Below are positions 62,051-64,000 of a stretch of DNA of 64,000 nucleotides, piece by piece; the stretch's first letter is position 1; every line of letters begins with the position of its first letter. The notes under the pieces were generated by a model, which ran no database searches, had not been told where the DNA came from, and worked only from the letters and a program-made list of their open reading frames with translations. The translations under genes were made by a program, and so were the position numbers. Location of the stretch: NCBI GenBank assembly GCA_965216325.1, contig OZ244160.1:1-64000 (forward strand), in the 5' to 3' direction. Source of the stretch: Coraliomargarita sp. GTDB taxonomy: Bacteria > Verrucomicrobiota > Verrucomicrobiia > Opitutales > Coraliomargaritaceae.

Positions 62051-62779
62051 CTAATGATTCTTTTTGAGTCGGACGCGTATGTGCGGCTGGTTTGCGTGTT
62101 TGGTCGTTTGTATTTCGAAGAGATCGATTGCGGCAAACAGGTCGCTAAGTTTGCTAAAACCGTAGGTGCGGTGATCAAATGGGCCCTGATTGTTTATTTG
62201 TGATCCGACAGGACCTAGGCTGGCCCAGCCATCGTCGTCCGCGACCAGTTCGACTGCTGAGCGTAGTGTATTCATGAGCTTGGTGTTCCCTTTCAACTCC
62301 AGACCTGACTCGCGTGTGCGCTTACGCCGTTGTTTGCCTTGTTCGTCATCGTCGAGATACAGGAACTTGGTGCAGCTGTTCATAAATGGCTCGGGGGTGC
62401 TCTGTCCGCCAAAGCCAATGACTTGTTTGCCCTCGGCTCTAAGGCGCATAATCAGCGGTGTGAAGTCGCAGTCAGAGGAAACTAGTGCAAAGGTCTGCAC
62501 GTCTTTGGAGTGCAGGATGTCCATCGCTTCGATTACCAATTTGATGTCGGTGGCGTTTTTGCCTTTGATCAGGTCAAAGAGCTGAATGGGTTCGATTGCG
62601 TAGTCGTGGAGAACTTTTTCCCAACTGCTGAGGCCGCGTTTCTTCCAGTTTCCGTAGGCGCGGCGAATGTTTACGGTTCCGTAGCTGGCGAGTTCGGTGA
62701 TGATGAATTCGATTTTTGCGGCAGGTGAGTTGTCCGCATCAATGAGTAGGGCAATGGTTTCTTTGGGGCTGTCATTCAT
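62051..62779 (-). CDS. NYN (LabA/DUF88) domain protein with OST-HTH/LOTUS domain
   Basis: LIDADN, RRAYGNW, KNATD, SSDCDF, DGWASL, YGFSKLSDL. Confidence 0.9.
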   Translation of the reverse strand: MNDSPKETIALLIDADNSPAAKIEFIITELASYGTVNIRRAYGNWKKRGLSSWEKVLHDYAIEPIQLFDLIKGKNATDIKLVIEAMDILHSKDVQTFALVSSDCDFTPLIMRLRAEGKQVIGFGGQSTPEPFMNSCTKFLYLDDDEQGKQRRKRTRESGLELKGNTKLMNTLRSAVELVADDDGWASLGPVGSQINNQGPFDHRTYGFSKLSDLFAAIDLFEIQTTKHANQPHIRVRLKKNH

Positions 62780-62801
62780 AGTCTAGCCCTAGATTACACA
62801 C

Positions 62802-62836
62802 AAAAAACGGCGTATGGCAATTGCCATACGCCGTTT
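62802..62836 (-). terminator. Intrinsic terminator after efp
   Basis: aaaaaacggcgtatggc-aatt-gccatacgccgttt. Confidence 0.85.
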
Positions 62837-62857
62837 GGAAAATCCAATTATACGGGC

Positions 62858-63415
62858 TTATGCGCGCCCCTGATAGGTCTTGTCGCTGGTGCTGACTTTG
62901 ACGACTTCACCTTCCTTGATGAAGAGCGGCACTTGGATAGTTAGGCCGGTTTCAAGGGTTGCTGGCTTTTGCACGTTGGATGCAGTGTCGCCTTTGACGC
63001 CTTCTGCGGATTCAATGACCTTCATTTCGATGGAAGCTGGGAGGTCGATTTGCACGGGTTTGTCGTCGACGTGGAGAATGCCGTAGCTTTGCGTTTCAAC
63101 GAGGAAGTCTTTTGCATCCTCGACGAGATCTTCAGCAAGGATGATGTCCTCGAAAGTCTCCGGATCCATGAAGTGGTAGCCGTCGCCGTCAACGTAGCTG
63201 AACTCAAGCTTGATGGTTTCCGTGTGGAGGATATCGACGCTATCAGTGGTGCGGATCTTGGTGTTGGTGGAGGATCCAGTGTTCAGATTGCGCATGGTGA
63301 CTTGCATGAAGCCTGCCTGGCGGCCCTGTGTGCGGTGCTGCACGTCGAGCACGAGGTGTGGTGCTCCTTGATAGTCAAGAACTTTGCCTTTTCGGACTTC
63401 GGTCGGTGATGCCAT
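62858..63415 (-). CDS. efp: Elongation factor P
   Basis: FMDPETFE, GVKGDTA, KPATLETG, VPLFI; start ATG 63415. Confidence 0.94.
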   Translation of the reverse strand: MASPTEVRKGKVLDYQGAPHLVLDVQHRTQGRQAGFMQVTMRNLNTGSSTNTKIRTTDSVDILHTETIKLEFSYVDGDGYHFMDPETFEDIILAEDLVEDAKDFLVETQSYGILHVDDKPVQIDLPASIEMKVIESAEGVKGDTASNVQKPATLETGLTIQVPLFIKEGEVVKVSTSDKTYQGRA

Positions 63416-63566
63416 AATTTCGTTGTGTTGGGTATTGTTGAAAAGCGCTCTGATTTGGCAGTCTGCAGCGATTCTGTCAAGTTTTGGGCGGAGCGGGCGA
63501 AAGGCGCATATTTGCACTCTTTCACGTTGCAATTAGAGGGAGGGCAAATTTAATGCCGCGCTTCTT

Positions 63567-64000
63567 ATGAAAATACTAGTCGCAGACCGCATCTCTCCCA
63601 TCGGTGTTGATTTGTTCAAAGCCCAAGACGGTTTTGAAGTTGTTGAAGCCTATGGTTCCTCTCCGGAACAGATCCTTGAGCTAGCCAAGGACGTTGACGC
63701 GATTGCCGTTCGGTCCGACACAAAGGTCACTGCTGATGTGATTGCAGCTGCGCCAAACCTGAAGGTTGTCGGCCGCGCTGGCGTGGGTGTCGACAACATC
63801 GACATCGAGGCAGCTACTGAGAACGGTGTGATTGTGATGAACACTCCAACGGGTAACACGATTGCGACTGCTGAGCTGACCTTCACTCACATGCTGGCTG
63901 GCACACGTCCAATCGTGCAGGCTTGTGCTCGCATGCGCGAGGGGGGCTGGGGCCGTAAAGAATTTGGTGGTTCTGAGCTGAACCAAAAGACACTCGGTGT
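63567..64000 (+). CDS. serA: D-3-phosphoglycerate dehydrogenase (5' part; runs off window)
   Basis: Own translation: MKILVAD..., [29 protein letters not shown]. Confidence 0.92.
   Translation, partial: MKILVADRISPIGVDLFKAQDGFEVVEAYGSSPEQILELAKDVDAIAVRSDTKVTADVIAAAPNLKVVGRAGVGVDNIDIEAATENGVIVMNTPTGNTIATAELTFTHMLAGTRPIVQACARMREGGWGRKEFGGSELNQKTLG

Noticed and set aside
62051..62779. NYN protein as an anti-phage or toxin system
   Set aside because: Common stand-alone LabA/DUF88-LOTUS architecture with no partner or defence context

Overview
Bacterial chromosome segment, most likely from a marine Verrucomicrobium (Opitutae/Puniceicoccaceae-like; inferred from gene content, not from a marker gene). 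0-13.7 kb is a Planctomycetes/Verrucomicrobia-type (PV) bacterial microcompartment locus for fucose/rhamnose catabolism. It has DeoR, PduL, 3 BMC-H, 3 BMC-P, an AckA-like kinase, an acylating aldehyde dehydrogenase, a class II aldolase, an MDH, a Zn-ADH with an encapsulation peptide, and a divergent kinase + lutABC arm. 13.7-17 kb holds ApbE, a TIGR03663-like membrane glycosyltransferase and a GT2. 17-28 kb is a sugar oxidoreductase/DUF1080/ThuA/sulfatase cluster whose last sulfatase is broken by a stop and by a RAYT-like HUH transposase with a 104-bp tandem duplication. 29-39 kb is a cbb3 oxidase operon (ccoS, ccoNO fusion, Q, P, G, I) led by a Cys-rich unknown gene and divergent from a PocR-AraC regulator; its spacers are packed with several distinct palindromic and short-tandem repeat families. 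39-44 kb holds fucP-fucI-fucU and an AraC gene. 44-50 kb holds a DoxX/Tat-oxidoreductase/lipoprotein operon flanked by gene remnants. 50-57 kb is a probable 3-keto-glycoside pathway followed by an unexplained structured element. 57-64 kb is mostly housekeeping (gcvH, a motif-degenerate nucleoside phosphorylase, NYN protein, efp with an atypical loop, serA start). No rRNA, tRNA or CRISPR array was recognised. All assignments come from motif recognition by eye; no searches were run.
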